Assembly: GCA_010093995.1 (NCBI GenBank)
Contig: ML992507.1
Location: 679,576-743,575 of the forward strand
DNA length: 64,000 bases
Source of the DNA: Elsinoe ampelina
Lineage: Eukaryota
Reading direction: 5' to 3'
In this document: positions 1 to 11,695 of the stretch, one piece after another
Numbering within the stretch: the first letter of the stretch is position 1
Layout of the letters: every line of letters begins with the position of its first letter
Notes under the pieces: model-generated
Database searches by the model: none
What the model was told of the DNA's origin: nothing
What the model saw: the letters and a program-made list of their open reading frames with translations, nothing else
Position numbers and translations under genes: made by a program

Positions 1-298
1 AACGTCAAAGGTATTGTGGTGTAAGTGAGGTTGGCAAAGTGAAGACCCAAACTTTTGGTGCCAAGCAAAGAAGGCGCGCTCGGAATTAAGCGTTTAAAGC
101 CGATCGCAGAAATTCAAGACCTCAAGAATGGAGCTCCACCACTCGCATATTCATTTCCGCTTTCCTGTCATTCACTTCTCGAGTGCCACATCGGGCTGGC
201 CGAGATAGGACGTCTTGAACGAACTTACAAAACACATCGAATCTGGACCGAGGGAACTCCCAAAGTGACGGGCGCTTCCGGCGCGACGCTCACAAATC

Positions 299-2176
299 AT
301 GGCGACAGTCGCAGATGAACTATTGAATGATTTCGAGGACTCTGGATCGGAAGGCGAGCAAGAGAATGGCGACCGCGATGCACCAGATGATGGAATCAAT
401 GGATCCTCCGGCTTGAACGGCAGCTCTCTGGCCAAACAAGTTCTGACAGAACTCGAGGACGGCGATGACGACGACGGACAAGATGAAGATGAAGAGATGA
501 CCTATGACAAGCCCGGAGCAGAGATTGAGAATGAAGAAGAGGCCAAGGAGAAGGCAGCAAAGTTGCGCTTAGCTGGCGTGAAGGATGTCCGGAGTGTCGC
601 AAGTCTGATGGACACGCTCAAACCTGTACTAGAGGTAAGTTAAACCCATCCTGCAAGCTCAAATGCATTTGCTAAAGCTTCATTCTCAAGAGTGACAACG
701 ACTAACTTGGCCGTCGTGCTGCAGAAAATATCACATTATCAGAATCTACCACCAGACAAGCAGACCAAGAACATTGGTTCCATCGAGGACAATCCTGAGT
801 ACAAGCTGCTCACACAGTCGAACACCCTCTCCACGCAAATCGACAGCGAAGTCATTCTGGTCCATAAATTCATCCGAGATCACTACTCTGTACGATTCCC
901 GGAATTAGAGCGGCTTGTACAGAATCCGCTCGACTATGCAAAGACAGTCGCCATCATTGGGAATGGTCCGATGGACAACATTAAGCAGATGTCACAGTCC
1001 AAGGACAATTCAGTCAAGCAGGCACTCAAGGATGTCTTGAACGGTCCTACTTTACTCACAGTCACTGTTGAAGCGTCAACCACGCGAGGTCAACCACTGT
1101 CGGAAGGAGAGTTGTCTATCGTACTCGATGCTTCTGTCATGGTCATGGATCTGGACAAGGCCAAGAACATTCTCACGGGTTATGTCCAGTCTCGCATGAA
1201 TGTCTTTGCGCCTAACCTTACGGCATTGATTGGGTCGAAGACCGCCGCACAACTCATCAACTTCGCCGGAGGTATCAATGGTCTTGCCAAAACTCCTGCT
1301 TGCAATCTTGCGCCATTAGGATCCAAGAAGCAGGCTCAGTCCGGACTTGCTACCAACGTCGGCCTTCGCCATCAAGGCTTCCTCTACTTTTCGCCCGTCA
1401 TCGCCGAGACTGGTATTCCACAAGATCTGAAGAAGCAAGCACTTCGCATTGTCTCTGCCAAGACTGTTCTTGCAGCAAGAGTGGACGCTGCACATCAGAG
1501 CCCTGACGGCTCGACTGGCGACTCGCTCAGAGAACAGTGTTTGACACGCCTGGAGAAGTTGCAGCAGGCAGCGCCGAATCGAGGAGCACGTGCTCTACCT
1601 GCACCCGATGACAAGCCCGCGCGGAAACGTGGTGGTCGACGTGCGCGAAAGGCCAAGGAGGCTACAGCTATGACGGAGCTGCGCAAGGCACAGAACCGTA
1701 TGGCCTTCGGGAAGGAGGAGGCAGAGACTGGCTATGGTGCAGGCGACTCGACGAAGGGACTAGGCATGATCGGACAGACCGATACTGGCAGGATCAGGAA
1801 CACACAGATCGATCAGCGCACGAGAGCGAAGCTGAGCAAGAAGAACCCCGGCTGGGGTGGCGCAACGCCCATGGGAGGGGCGAAGAGCACATTTCAAGGG
1901 TTCGGTGGTGCTGCTGGCGGGAGTGCCAGCGTTATGCGCCAGTCTGGATTGAGAACCAGCGGCGTTGGCGGTGGCGGTATGAGCTCGGTCGCATTCACGC
2001 CTATGCAAGGTCTTGAGCTTGTTGACCCAAAGAAGAGAGCGGAGGTAAATCTGAAAAGGAAGGCTGATGAGGATAGGTGGTTCAAGAGCGGCACATTCAC
2101 ACAGGTCGGAGGAGAGACCGACAGTGCAGGCTTCAAGGTGCCTGGATTACCGCCAAGTAAGATGGCAAAGAAGTGA
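299..2176 (+). CDS. PRP31: U4/U6 snRNP splicing factor Prp31; exons 299-634, 725-2176
   Basis: NOSIC/Nop domain (HKFIRDHYSVRFPELE, APNLTALIG, ARVD) and the C-terminal RKRGGRRARKAKE...RKAQNRMAFG motif. Phase-0 intron GTAAGT 635..CAG 724 with ACTAAC branch site. Confidence 0.96.
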
Positions 2177-2290
2177 GAAGGACGGACAGCATATGATACC
2201 CACGTAGAAGGACAAACATCAATGATGTAAAAAGCTGCATTCGCTGGTCGTCTATCCCATGTTCTGTGTCGAATGAGTGCTTTTGTTAGG

Positions 2291-3313
2291 CTACTCCTCG
2301 ATCGTCTTGACAACCTCCCACCCACCCTTCAAGCTCTCCTTCCACAAACTCACCCTATTATCCCCACCACTAACCGCCAACACATTCCCGCTCAAACTCC
2401 AACTCACCCTCCAAACCACCGCATCAAACTTCAACTCCGTGCTCGACCAATCCTGTCCCACATCCGCACTCGCCGGACACGTCCAAATCCTCACCGTCTT
2501 ATCCTGGCTCGCACTCGCGATATAACTCTTACTCAACGGCGTCGGACTCCAGGCCACATCCCGCACCCAATCCGTGTGTCCCTGCAGTGTCGCAATATTG
2601 TCCCACCCCTGACTCCTCTGGTTATGATCCCAGATCTTGACCAAATTATCGCTGCCTCCCGTCACGAAGCGCCTCACCACCGCCGGCGCCTGCCCTGGTC
2701 CTAGCGCGCTCACGAGCTGGTCCGGCGCTAGACTGGGCGCCCAACTCACCGCGTTGACGCCCAGGCCGTGCGCGGGGAAGATTTGGTGGGAGAAACTGTT
2801 GTCGACGAAGCTGATCACGCTGACGCTGCCGTCGCTGGACGCCGCAGCAAGATGACACCCTGGTTCTGGGGGCGACCAAGCGATGAGATTCACACTTGCG
2901 GTGTGCAGGGTGAACTCGTAGATGCGCTGCCACTGCCCGTTTTGCTCGCGCCAGATGAAGATCCGTCCGTCGTACGAGGAGGAGGCCAGGATGGTGCCGT
3001 ATTTCGGGTGCGACCAGGAGACGCACCATACGGCGCCGTCGTGGCCTTTGAGGGTTTCGGTGAGGCGGTGGGTTTCGGCGTCGATTTCGAAGATTTTGAT
3101 GGTCTTGTCGGAGGAGCAGGTGGCGAGACGGCGGCCGTAGTAGTCGAGGACGGCGTCGTGCTGGGGGGGAGGGGGTTAGGCTGGGGAGGTGATGAGGAGG
3201 GGAGGAGGGGGGAGGGCTTACGATCATATCCTCGTGGCCGGAGTTGGATATTACTTGCGCCTGTACGAGATTAGCGATACGATTGGAGGACTGGATTATT
3301 GGAAGCTTACCAT
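2291..3313 (-). CDS. SEC13: COPII/nucleoporin WD40 protein Sec13; exons 3313-3311 (ATG only), 3260-3222, 3160-2291
   Basis: Spliced N-terminus [42 protein letters not shown] and [20 protein letters not shown]. Both introns GTAAG..CAG with branch sites. Confidence 0.97.
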
Positions 3314-3550
3314 GATGATGTGTGTTGTGAATGCAATTGAGCTGTTCGCTCGTTGAAGCTGGATATTTTGGTCGCGGAGCTTCAGGCTACGTCGGTGTTT
3401 GGCCGCCGCGCTTAGCTGGCGGGTGTATTTTAGCCGCGCGCTTATGTCATGACCTCGGCTGGCCTTCACATGCTTGGTAACCGACGACTTTCCTGTCTTT
3501 CTCGATCACATTCTACAGGCCGCGTGAGGTGGCGCAACCAAAGCCTCGAT

Positions 3551-5598
3551 ATGGCAGACGCATATTGTGGGCCTTCAAACGCCCTACAGAGCTTCCAGAA
3601 GCACACGTCTGTGGATCGGACTCTGCAGCAGGATCGCCTGACGCAGCGAAGGTCACCTCTGCAGGTAGGAGAGTTTGCTCAGCCGTAGGACTGGAGCTAA
3701 TTCTGACAGGGCTTCAGGTCTCAAGATGCGAACGTTGGCTTGCTTGATCCGGAGTTCGAAGCATTTCAAGCAAGCCAGCCTGGTCCTCTAGCATTCGCCG
3801 AACCAGCGCCGCAAACATTACAGTCTTTCAACCAGAAAGGGAAACAGCCCGTCTTCGGAGGCGTACAGAATGGCGCAGATTGGGCAGCTGACTTTCAGCG
3901 CCTGCAAGTGTCATCTTCTGGACCTCAGCTGCACCACTCACCTCCGCCGGCGCAATTCGCGTCCCCACCCGCTTCTCAGTCAAGATTCGCGAGTCCAGCA
4001 CCAGCACAGTCGCCTGCATTCACAGGATACAGGACCTCGGCTTTCGGGACCGGGGGCGGTTATGCTTCGCTAGGAGGAATGGGCCAGGGCTTCATGCCCC
4101 AGCCGCTAATGTCTCAAGGAACGCAGCAACCAAAACAAGAAGTGGACATATTCGACGAGGCTGCTTTCGAGAGAGCATTTGATATGGCGAAAGAGCAGAT
4201 AATGGCGGAGGAGGGGCAAGCGGTGACCGAGGCCTCTGGAATGACTGCTGGACAACAAATAAGAGGGAACGACACATATCCGCATCGTACGTACCCAAAA
4301 GTGAACTGGTGTATGCTCCTGAATTGACTTATATAGTGTCACTGATGCGAATGTTGATGTGGAGTCAGCTTTCGAACCCTACAGAGGAGAACATGCATAA
4401 ATTTGCGCGATCCTTCACTTTACTGGAGAAGCACGACCCGGCAGAGATTGACAGCACTCATGTCCGGCTCTTTGATCCCATGTTCGAACTTCTCCAAGGC
4501 GATCGAGACCTAATACACTCTCCGAGATATGAGCTCTTCCAGCGGGCGTGGAAGTTGCGAAATCAGTGGAAGGCAGTACCTCGTGACCCGGTACCTGATG
4601 TTCTTGCCGAGCGAGTGGAAAGGGCGACTGCGTTCTACAATCGACAGCTTAACAAAGTCCACAACCACAAAGAGAGCCATGTCTGGGCGAAACGGAACGT
4701 ACTCGATGACGAGATGATGCACGATATCGAGCAACAAGTTGGCGATGCCAATGTAAATGATGTTGTTGAGCGGGTGTTCGACAACATGACTGCCTCCCAG
4801 CTGGATCCAATTCTCGCTCTGCAAGATGAGCAGGGCTCGATAGTAGACATCGAGTCGGATCTCTTGCAGGCACGTCTACCAGAAAGAATCGCCAAGGATA
4901 TGGTTCAGGGTGGTAGGACTCAAGATCCTTTGTTGAGATTGTGGGGCGCTGCTTACATGTCCGCCTTGGGACCGGAGACCGTCGAGCTGAGGGATCAAAC
5001 GGCTGCACATGAACCAGAAGCGTTAGACCGGGAACAGTTTGAAGAGGCGATCCAGGTCTTACCGGAGCAGACGCCGCAAGAGCAACAACAGGAAGACCCG
5101 ATGCAGCATGATGAGAATGACGATCTCGCTCGGACTGCTGGGGAGCTGCTTGATAAGGTTAGAGACAACCAATCGACCAAGTTCCAGAACAGTACGTTCT
5201 TGGATCTGATGCGCAAGCTGCGTGACAGAGAGGTCAGGGTGGAGGGGGACAAGATGGTGGAGGTGAGCTGGTTTGTGCACTTCTGAGAAGAAATGACTAA
5301 CCCGCGACAGACAAATCTGTCCGCCCTAGACGGTGACAGCACGATGGATACAGTGGCTGGCACAACGATCCCAACCCAGGCTTCGGACATCTACACGCAG
5401 CCGTATCGCACAGACGGTGTCGCTCCAGATCGTTCCCACTCCGATGATCTTAGCAATCAACGACTACGGGACGGCGACGATGTCGTCCGCATGCTGGACG
5501 AACCGGGTACCATTGATCAAGGTAGATCTCCCTTTTCCGCCTCGACAGAGATAGATGAAGACATGAGTCAGGGTATCCGCTTCCCTGGTCAGCCGTAG
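3551..5598 (+). CDS. PEX20: PTS2 co-receptor peroxin Pex20, about 634 aa; exons 3551-3664, 3710-4286, 4337-5262, 5311-5598
   Basis: N-terminal MADAYCGPSNALQSFQKH with conserved Cys, a WxxxF motif (WAADF) and a Pex7-binding motif KFQNSTFLDLMRKLRDREV. All three introns restore the reading frame. Confidence 0.85.
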
Positions 5599-5957
5599 AC
5601 CAGGTGGCCAAACATTGTGTAGCGAACACAGAGAGAATAAAGAAGAATACACGTTCCAGAACGCTGACTTTGCTGTGCGAGCAGATCCCGAGTTCATGAT
5701 GACGAGTCCGTTCTACGATAACCAGCACGCGGAGCTGGGACGGAGAGGGCTGTTTAACGAATAGCCGCGCTCGTCTCGACATGAGTCAACGGTCATGCAT
5801 ATACAATGGATCACACGGTTCAGCGACATCATCGACACCAGTCCGCAGGTGTCAAATCCCCCTTTGGCAGGAAGTACTTTTTACTACCAGCGTAGTAGCT
5901 CACAGTATATACACTATATACAAACCTTACCACTATTCCCTGCCTTTGCCCTCCTAT

Positions 5958-6764
5958 CTACTCTCCTCCCCCTCCCCCCTCCCCACTCTCCTCCCCCTTT
6001 CCCTTCGCAGTAACCCACAAACTCTCCCCCCTAACCAACACCCTCCCCTCCTGATCCACCACATCGGCCCCACAAACCCACTTCCTCCCTACCCTCCTCA
6101 CCAACTGCGCCCTAACCAACACATCCCTCGGCGTCGTAACCGGCGCAAGGTACTCCACCTCCCACTTCAACGTAAAATGCCTCTCCCTCGGACCCCTCCT
6201 CCTCCTCTCCCCTTCCTCCCCCTCCAATCCCTGCAGTACATTATCATGGTGCGCCAGGATGAGAAACCGCGTGATCTCATCCAGAATCACGCCTTGGAAT
6301 CCCCCGTGGCAGATCCCGGGGTGGGCGTTCAGGCCGGGACGCAGGGCCAGGAGGGCGAGGACTTCGGGCAGGACGAGGGCAGGTTTGGTGGTGGGGACGC
6401 CGGGGGTGAGAGGGGACGGGGTGCGGAGGTCGCGGCGGCGCAGGGCGAGGAGGTGGGGGATTGTGGTTGGGGTGGAGAGGGTGGAGAAGATGGCGTTTTC
6501 GGTGGTGGGCAAGGGGTGGCGGGAGTAGAATGGGAGGGGCTCGTAGGTGGGGTCGGAGAGGATGAGGGAGGTCCAGGGCGAGGAGGAGAAGTAGGTTATG
6601 CTGTCCTGTGGGGGAGGGGTGGTGGTGAGGAAGTGGTGGAAGAAGTCGGCGCGGTCGGTGGGGGGGACCCGCAGGGGAGGGGAGGTGGTGAAGTGGCGGA
6701 ATGTTGCTCGTGGGATGATGATACTACCATGGTGTATTTGGTGGAGCGGTGGTCGCTTGAACAT
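5958..6764 (-). CDS. Hotdog-fold (PaaI/THEM4-like) acyl-CoA thioesterase, probable mitochondrial presequence
   Basis: Motif GLNAHPGICHGGFQGVILDE followed by VEYLAPV and GRKW; basic N-terminus. Confidence 0.85.
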   Translation of the reverse strand: MFKRPPLHQIHHGSIIIPRATFRHFTTSPPLRVPPTDRADFFHHFLTTTPPPQDSITYFSSSPWTSLILSDPTYEPLPFYSRHPLPTTENAIFSTLSTPTTIPHLLALRRRDLRTPSPLTPGVPTTKPALVLPEVLALLALRPGLNAHPGICHGGFQGVILDEITRFLILAHHDNVLQGLEGEEGERRRRGPRERHFTLKWEVEYLAPVTTPRDVLVRAQLVRRVGRKWVCGADVVDQEGRVLVRGESLWVTAKGKGEESGEGGGGGE

Positions 6765-7789
6765 GGTGTTGGTTCCATGAGCCGAGGTTGTCTATGATCT
6801 ATGATGATGCATTTGTTCGCAACATCTCTTTCGCTTCTGACAATGTGCTATTAGACTGACAAGGAATTTTCGTGTTCCCTGAATTGACACGTGTCGCCGA
6901 GGTCGTATGCCATTGAAATGGTAGGCGAGTATGGCGAAGTTGTCGTCCGTGGGGCATGATGTGAGATCCCCGTGGGGTCGATCTGCGGAGGGCATCGGCG
7001 GGGTTGACCGGGGAGACGGCACCAACCAAGAATTTGTACTTCTCATGCCCATGCATCACAGTACTCTGCTACCACGAGAACGAGACCCATCGTGCTGTCA
7101 TCCATAGACAGCACTCAGCTTCAACGGTCCGGCGGTGCATGCTCGCTCAGTCTATGGCTGTCTTTTGTCAGTCTCGGCAAGGCTGAGCCACCGGAACCGC
7201 ACGACATGATACCCATACATTCTGTGCAATCTCTCAGGTCAGCAGAAAGCCGATGGACGTTCATACTGAGAGTGTAAGATCTCAATGTCCGACCTATTCC
7301 AGTGCTTGCACAAATGAACCCCAACCATGCCATGGGTGCATGTTAAGGTAATGAACAGACACCGTCTGCAACGCGTGCTAGGTCAAGTCCGTACTGCATC
7401 ATGCATGCTGGTAGGACTCTTGACGATGGACAAACCGATGTTCTTGCAGGTCTGCTTGATTGGAAATATCCTCTCAAACAAACGGAGGAACATTCCTATC
7501 AATCTCTCCGGGCTCGAATGCTTTTAGATCGCCAATTCTACGAATGGGAGAGCTGCCATACGGGCTCGGGCGTTGCAGCGTTTGAGGGCTAAAACCGAGC
7601 ACGAAATCTCAATGGCAGGATGCCCAAGAGAAATCGTCGCCAGAATGGCCCGAGTATAGTTGTACTTATGCTCGTGCAGCATTACTGACAAAGCTTACTC
7701 TTGGATTATGTGCACGACAAATGATTCCGTGCGACATTATAGCATCAAGTCTTACCTCTCGGGTACAGCTTCGACATTGGCAATTCTGT

Positions 7790-8121
7790 CCTGGGATAAA
7801 GAATCATTCATCATCAGCGACAAGGTAACTTGGAATGAGTTCCTCGCCATCTCCGAGGAAGCCACAGGCGTCAAGTTCCAGACGACTTACGATTCTGTCG
7901 AGACTTTCAAGAAGGGTCAGATCACTGAGTCTTCGTCCCACTCAGCCGCCTATCCTTACTTCCCGAAGCAAATGCTCCAAGGCCTCTTTTCCACGTTTAG
8001 TATCTTGTTTGATCAGGGACACTTTGATTTCAAGGCCGAGAAGACTTTGAACGACCGGTTCCCAGAGATTAAGACGAAGAAGGTAAAGGACCTGGTGACT
8101 GAGGCATGGAAAAGAAGATAG
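7790..8121 (+). pseudogene. 3' remnant of an NmrA/isoflavone-reductase-like oxidoreductase
   Basis: DKVTWNEFLAISEEATGVKFQTTYDSVE...LNDRFPEIK matches the family C-terminus by recall. No upstream Rossmann N-terminus was found. Confidence 0.55.
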
Positions 8122-8951
8122 GCAGCTCTTTCCACGAATCCCAAAGATGTTGAACCCGTTCCTTCGGAGAATACTGTACTGTAAACAGTGCCGCGAGCCG
8201 GGCTCGGCCGGGAATCTTGCCGACACTCTGCCCTGCCGGTCGTCCGAGATTTTGAGATTGCCAATCACTCATTGACTTCACTCCAGTTGCGAATATTGGC
8301 CCTTGTTTGATAGATCAGATCGAGCTTAGGTGATCTGTTGCAATCTCTACGACGCGGGGAAGGTCATTCATAACGCAACGGAATCCAAGATAATCTGTAC
8401 GGCGAGCAATATCTAGCTCCTCAAAGTACATCTTTCGAGCACACTCTCTCAATGAGGAGGGTTGCACGCTATGACGCCGCATCTTGCGCGAACATGTGTA
8501 AGGACCAAGGACTACATCCGCCAGAACCCTTGACGCTGTTTCATGGTCACGATCCAAGAGTGCAACAATTGTTGAAATGCCACCAAAAGCTCCAGCTCTG
8601 GAAGGATTTCTAGCGCAAATACTACCAGGTTTTGGCGTCGTCGATGCGACTGACAACCTCCAAATTGCGGTAGACTTCTGACGACAAACGGTCCAGAACG
8701 GTACTTCGGCAGCATCTACGTCCGAACTTCGCGCCTCGGAGCTATCACTACAACGACGGATTACCTACCTCTCCATGGCCTGGATCGTTGCTGCCCACGG
8801 GTGTTCGGCTTCTCCAAACATTCAAGATGGGTCCAATACGCTACAGGTGTCCTCACGATACCAACTCTTTATTTGCCATATCGCGTTTGGTCTTCCAAAA
8901 GCGCTACAGGATTAGCACCAGGCACAATATAATCGGCATCCACCAGGTACG

Positions 8952-9914
8952 ATGGGTTCGACCATGCCAGTCAGGCAAGGCGTAAGTTCCGCTTCCCATG
9001 TGAATCACTAGATGTTGCGCGATGGCTAAACAGATGTATAGCCGCCATATGCCCCTCCAAGCAGCGCCGGCTTAGGCCTTACCCCTACCGTCCCCGTCGA
9101 TGTCCCAGTCTCTGCAATCCTCATGACCATCTACCTCGGTTTCGCAGCATGGAATATCAAGACATTCTTCACCAACAAGAAGAAAGGCCACAAGTTCCTG
9201 ATATCCTGGTTCCTCGGTGTTTTCAGCATGATGCGCGTTGCCACCTGCGCTTTACGCATCGCCTGGGCTGTCCATCCACACAACATCCGACTCGTCATTG
9301 CTGCCCAGATCTTCACCAACGCCGGGATCCTGATCGTCTTCTTGATCAACATTAATTTCGGCCAACGACTTCTACGATCAGTGCATCCGAGACTTGGTTG
9401 GCACCCGGTGCTCCATTGGGGACCAATCGCCATCTACGCGACCATCGGTTTGACCTTTATCATGGTCATTGTGACGATCATCCTCCGATTCTACACTCTC
9501 GACGAGTACACCCTGTCGATATGCGCGGATTGTCAGAAAGTTGCGACCGTCATCTTGTTCGCGATCTCCGCGCTGGCTCTGGTCATGGTCACGGCTATCG
9601 TGCTCCTGCCACGTTCGGGAGGTGGCGAGCAGCCATTCGGCACTGGCTCGCTGCAGGCCAAGATTGTAATCCTGGCTGTGTCTGCGAGTCTGGCCACTTT
9701 GATTGCCGGATTCAAATGCGGTGTCAACTTCATGCCGCCTCGACCTGTCGACGACGCGCCGTGGTACGACTTGAAGCCGACTTACTATTGCCTTCTTTTC
9801 GTCACGGAGATCATGATCTTGGCATTGTTCGCGGTGACGAGGATTGACCAGAGATTTCACGTGCCGAATGGCAGTGGTAAGGTCAAATCCTATGCTTTCA
9901 AGGTCGAGGGATGA
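8952..9914 (+). CDS. Multi-pass membrane protein, DUF3112/RTA1-like; exons 8952-8981, 9042-9914
   Basis: About 7 hydrophobic segments; MRVATCALRIAW, AAQIFTNAG and RIDQRFHVPNG motifs. Phase-0 intron GTAAGT..TAG gives ...QG|PPYAP. Confidence 0.8.
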
Positions 9915-10623
9915 GGAGGAGCAGGACGATGGTGCTCGATCCTGGTAGGAAAGAGGGCTTGATCAAATAAGTCGAAGCTAGCAGTTATCGGGTTCACCAG
10001 AAAACAATTTGCCGGCATGAACGCCACGGTCGAGTCCACTTGACGGACGCATTGGACCGGCCTCTGTTCCTCCCAAGCCATCCTGACAGCCAATGGCATT
10101 TCGCGGGTATATAGGCCGACGACGATCGCGTAGCCATTGGAACCAGTCGGCTGATGCTCGTCAATCAAAATGCATGAAGGCGCCGCGACGGATCAGAGCC
10201 TGACGGCTATGGGAAGGAACTTCGACGACGCAACATGCTTGATCTTAGTCCTGGTCGTTTGTATCGTCAATATGAGCGGAGTCCTGGTAGTGTCGAAGCT
10301 ACTCATGATGAAGAAGGAGGATACGAAGGATAGGTCGATGACCAAACCTGACGTGGAGAAGTCGGCCGTTGGAGCGATCGGATGCCATGTGGACGGTTGT
10401 GGCGTCGATGTTGATGCTTGGAACAGAGACCGCATTCCATCAAGATCAGAGTGGACATTGACTTCAGCCTGTTTGATGTATTGGGGTAGACCAGAGCCTA
10501 GCAGAACGTACCCCAGTCAGCTACGAGGATCGTCAATGAGATCCGAAGTGTCTATATGTTGGACTAGGCGTAGCACGTTTGTTGCTGTCCGAGAACCATT
10601 TTGACAATCTACATCACAGAGTG

Positions 10624-11508
10624 CTAGTCTCTGATCGGGTAAACACTACCTAGCCAGATTTCGAATCTCGTCATTGGTGGTACAAGAAAGGGTAACAGGA
10701 CATCGCAATAGTCCGACAAGACCTCGTGAAGCTCTGAGATCACAGATAACCGCCAAGCATCACCCGGGGTCACAGTGCGGTTGGGTGGCTCAGACTGCCC
10801 ATCCTCGGCGAGAGGCAAGCATTTTGCCGGATAATCGAAGTCAGTCTGGCCTTCTCTCCAGCTCCATGGGCCGACTTCGTCCACCAAAGTCAATTTCTCG
10901 TGACCAGTGGGGTCTACGTCGTACGGATTCAGAATGAGAATCAGCTTACTAGGAGCCCAGTGTTGTCTGTTCGCAGACAATTCCGGCAACGTCAGTCCGG
11001 GAGCATAGAGTACCAGTCCATAATCGATTGCCAGATCTGTAGCATCCCCATATAGGCCGATGTCGCCTTGAAAGTTGTGCGGATCGAAACCTCGATCATG
11101 TGGCTCGCTCAGGAATGAGTTCCATTGATCTTCCGAGACATAGGTAGCATCGTGCTCGCGGAACGCTCGTTTGTAGACCGGAAGCGCTTCGACTCGCTCT
11201 TCGCAGCACTCTAGTTGGTGAAGTACGGCCCATTCCTGCACAAGATGTCGAGTTTCTGAACAAACATCGCGCACTGCGACGTAAACCTCGCCACTTTCCA
11301 CCAGTGGTTGAGCTGATTCATCTTCGATATCCTCCGACTGACTTTCGGTATCTGATGATGGTTCATGTTCGGGATCAGATGATTTCAACGGCCGAGGTAG
11401 CCAGTGGTGCTCGCGGTAGTTGTATAGATGGGGTATAGAGATATTCGGAAGGCAGTAGTGCCAGATCTGATGGCGAATTTCTGCCGGAAGATCATTGAAG
11501 CTTGCCAT
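10624..11508 (-). CDS. 2EXR-domain protein
   Basis: Starts MASFNDLPAEIRHQIWHYCLP, with downstream VCSETR; single uninterrupted ORF of about 294 aa. Confidence 0.75.
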   Translation of the reverse strand: MASFNDLPAEIRHQIWHYCLPNISIPHLYNYREHHWLPRPLKSSDPEHEPSSDTESQSEDIEDESAQPLVESGEVYVAVRDVCSETRHLVQEWAVLHQLECCEERVEALPVYKRAFREHDATYVSEDQWNSFLSEPHDRGFDPHNFQGDIGLYGDATDLAIDYGLVLYAPGLTLPELSANRQHWAPSKLILILNPYDVDPTGHEKLTLVDEVGPWSWREGQTDFDYPAKCLPLAEDGQSEPPNRTVTPGDAWRLSVISELHEVLSDYCDVLLPFLVPPMTRFEIWLGSVYPIRD

Positions 11509-11695
11509 GATGCAGTCGTTTCCAGAGAAATCGATCAAGGCCCCAGAACTACCTGGATACAGACAATCTGATCATACGCAAATGCTGGTCAACTCTGATG
11601 GTTGATGCCAATGGTTGTGATGGAGTTTGCCAAAATGGCGTGGAGATCTTTGGTGCCGCGTCCTCCGCACGTGTGACGTTGCCGCAAAGTACATA

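Noticed and set aside
8315..8760. Short minus-strand ORFs
   Set aside because: No motif or coherent gene model.
9920..10604. ORFs of 80-144 aa between two convergent genes
   Set aside because: No motif or splice support on either strand.
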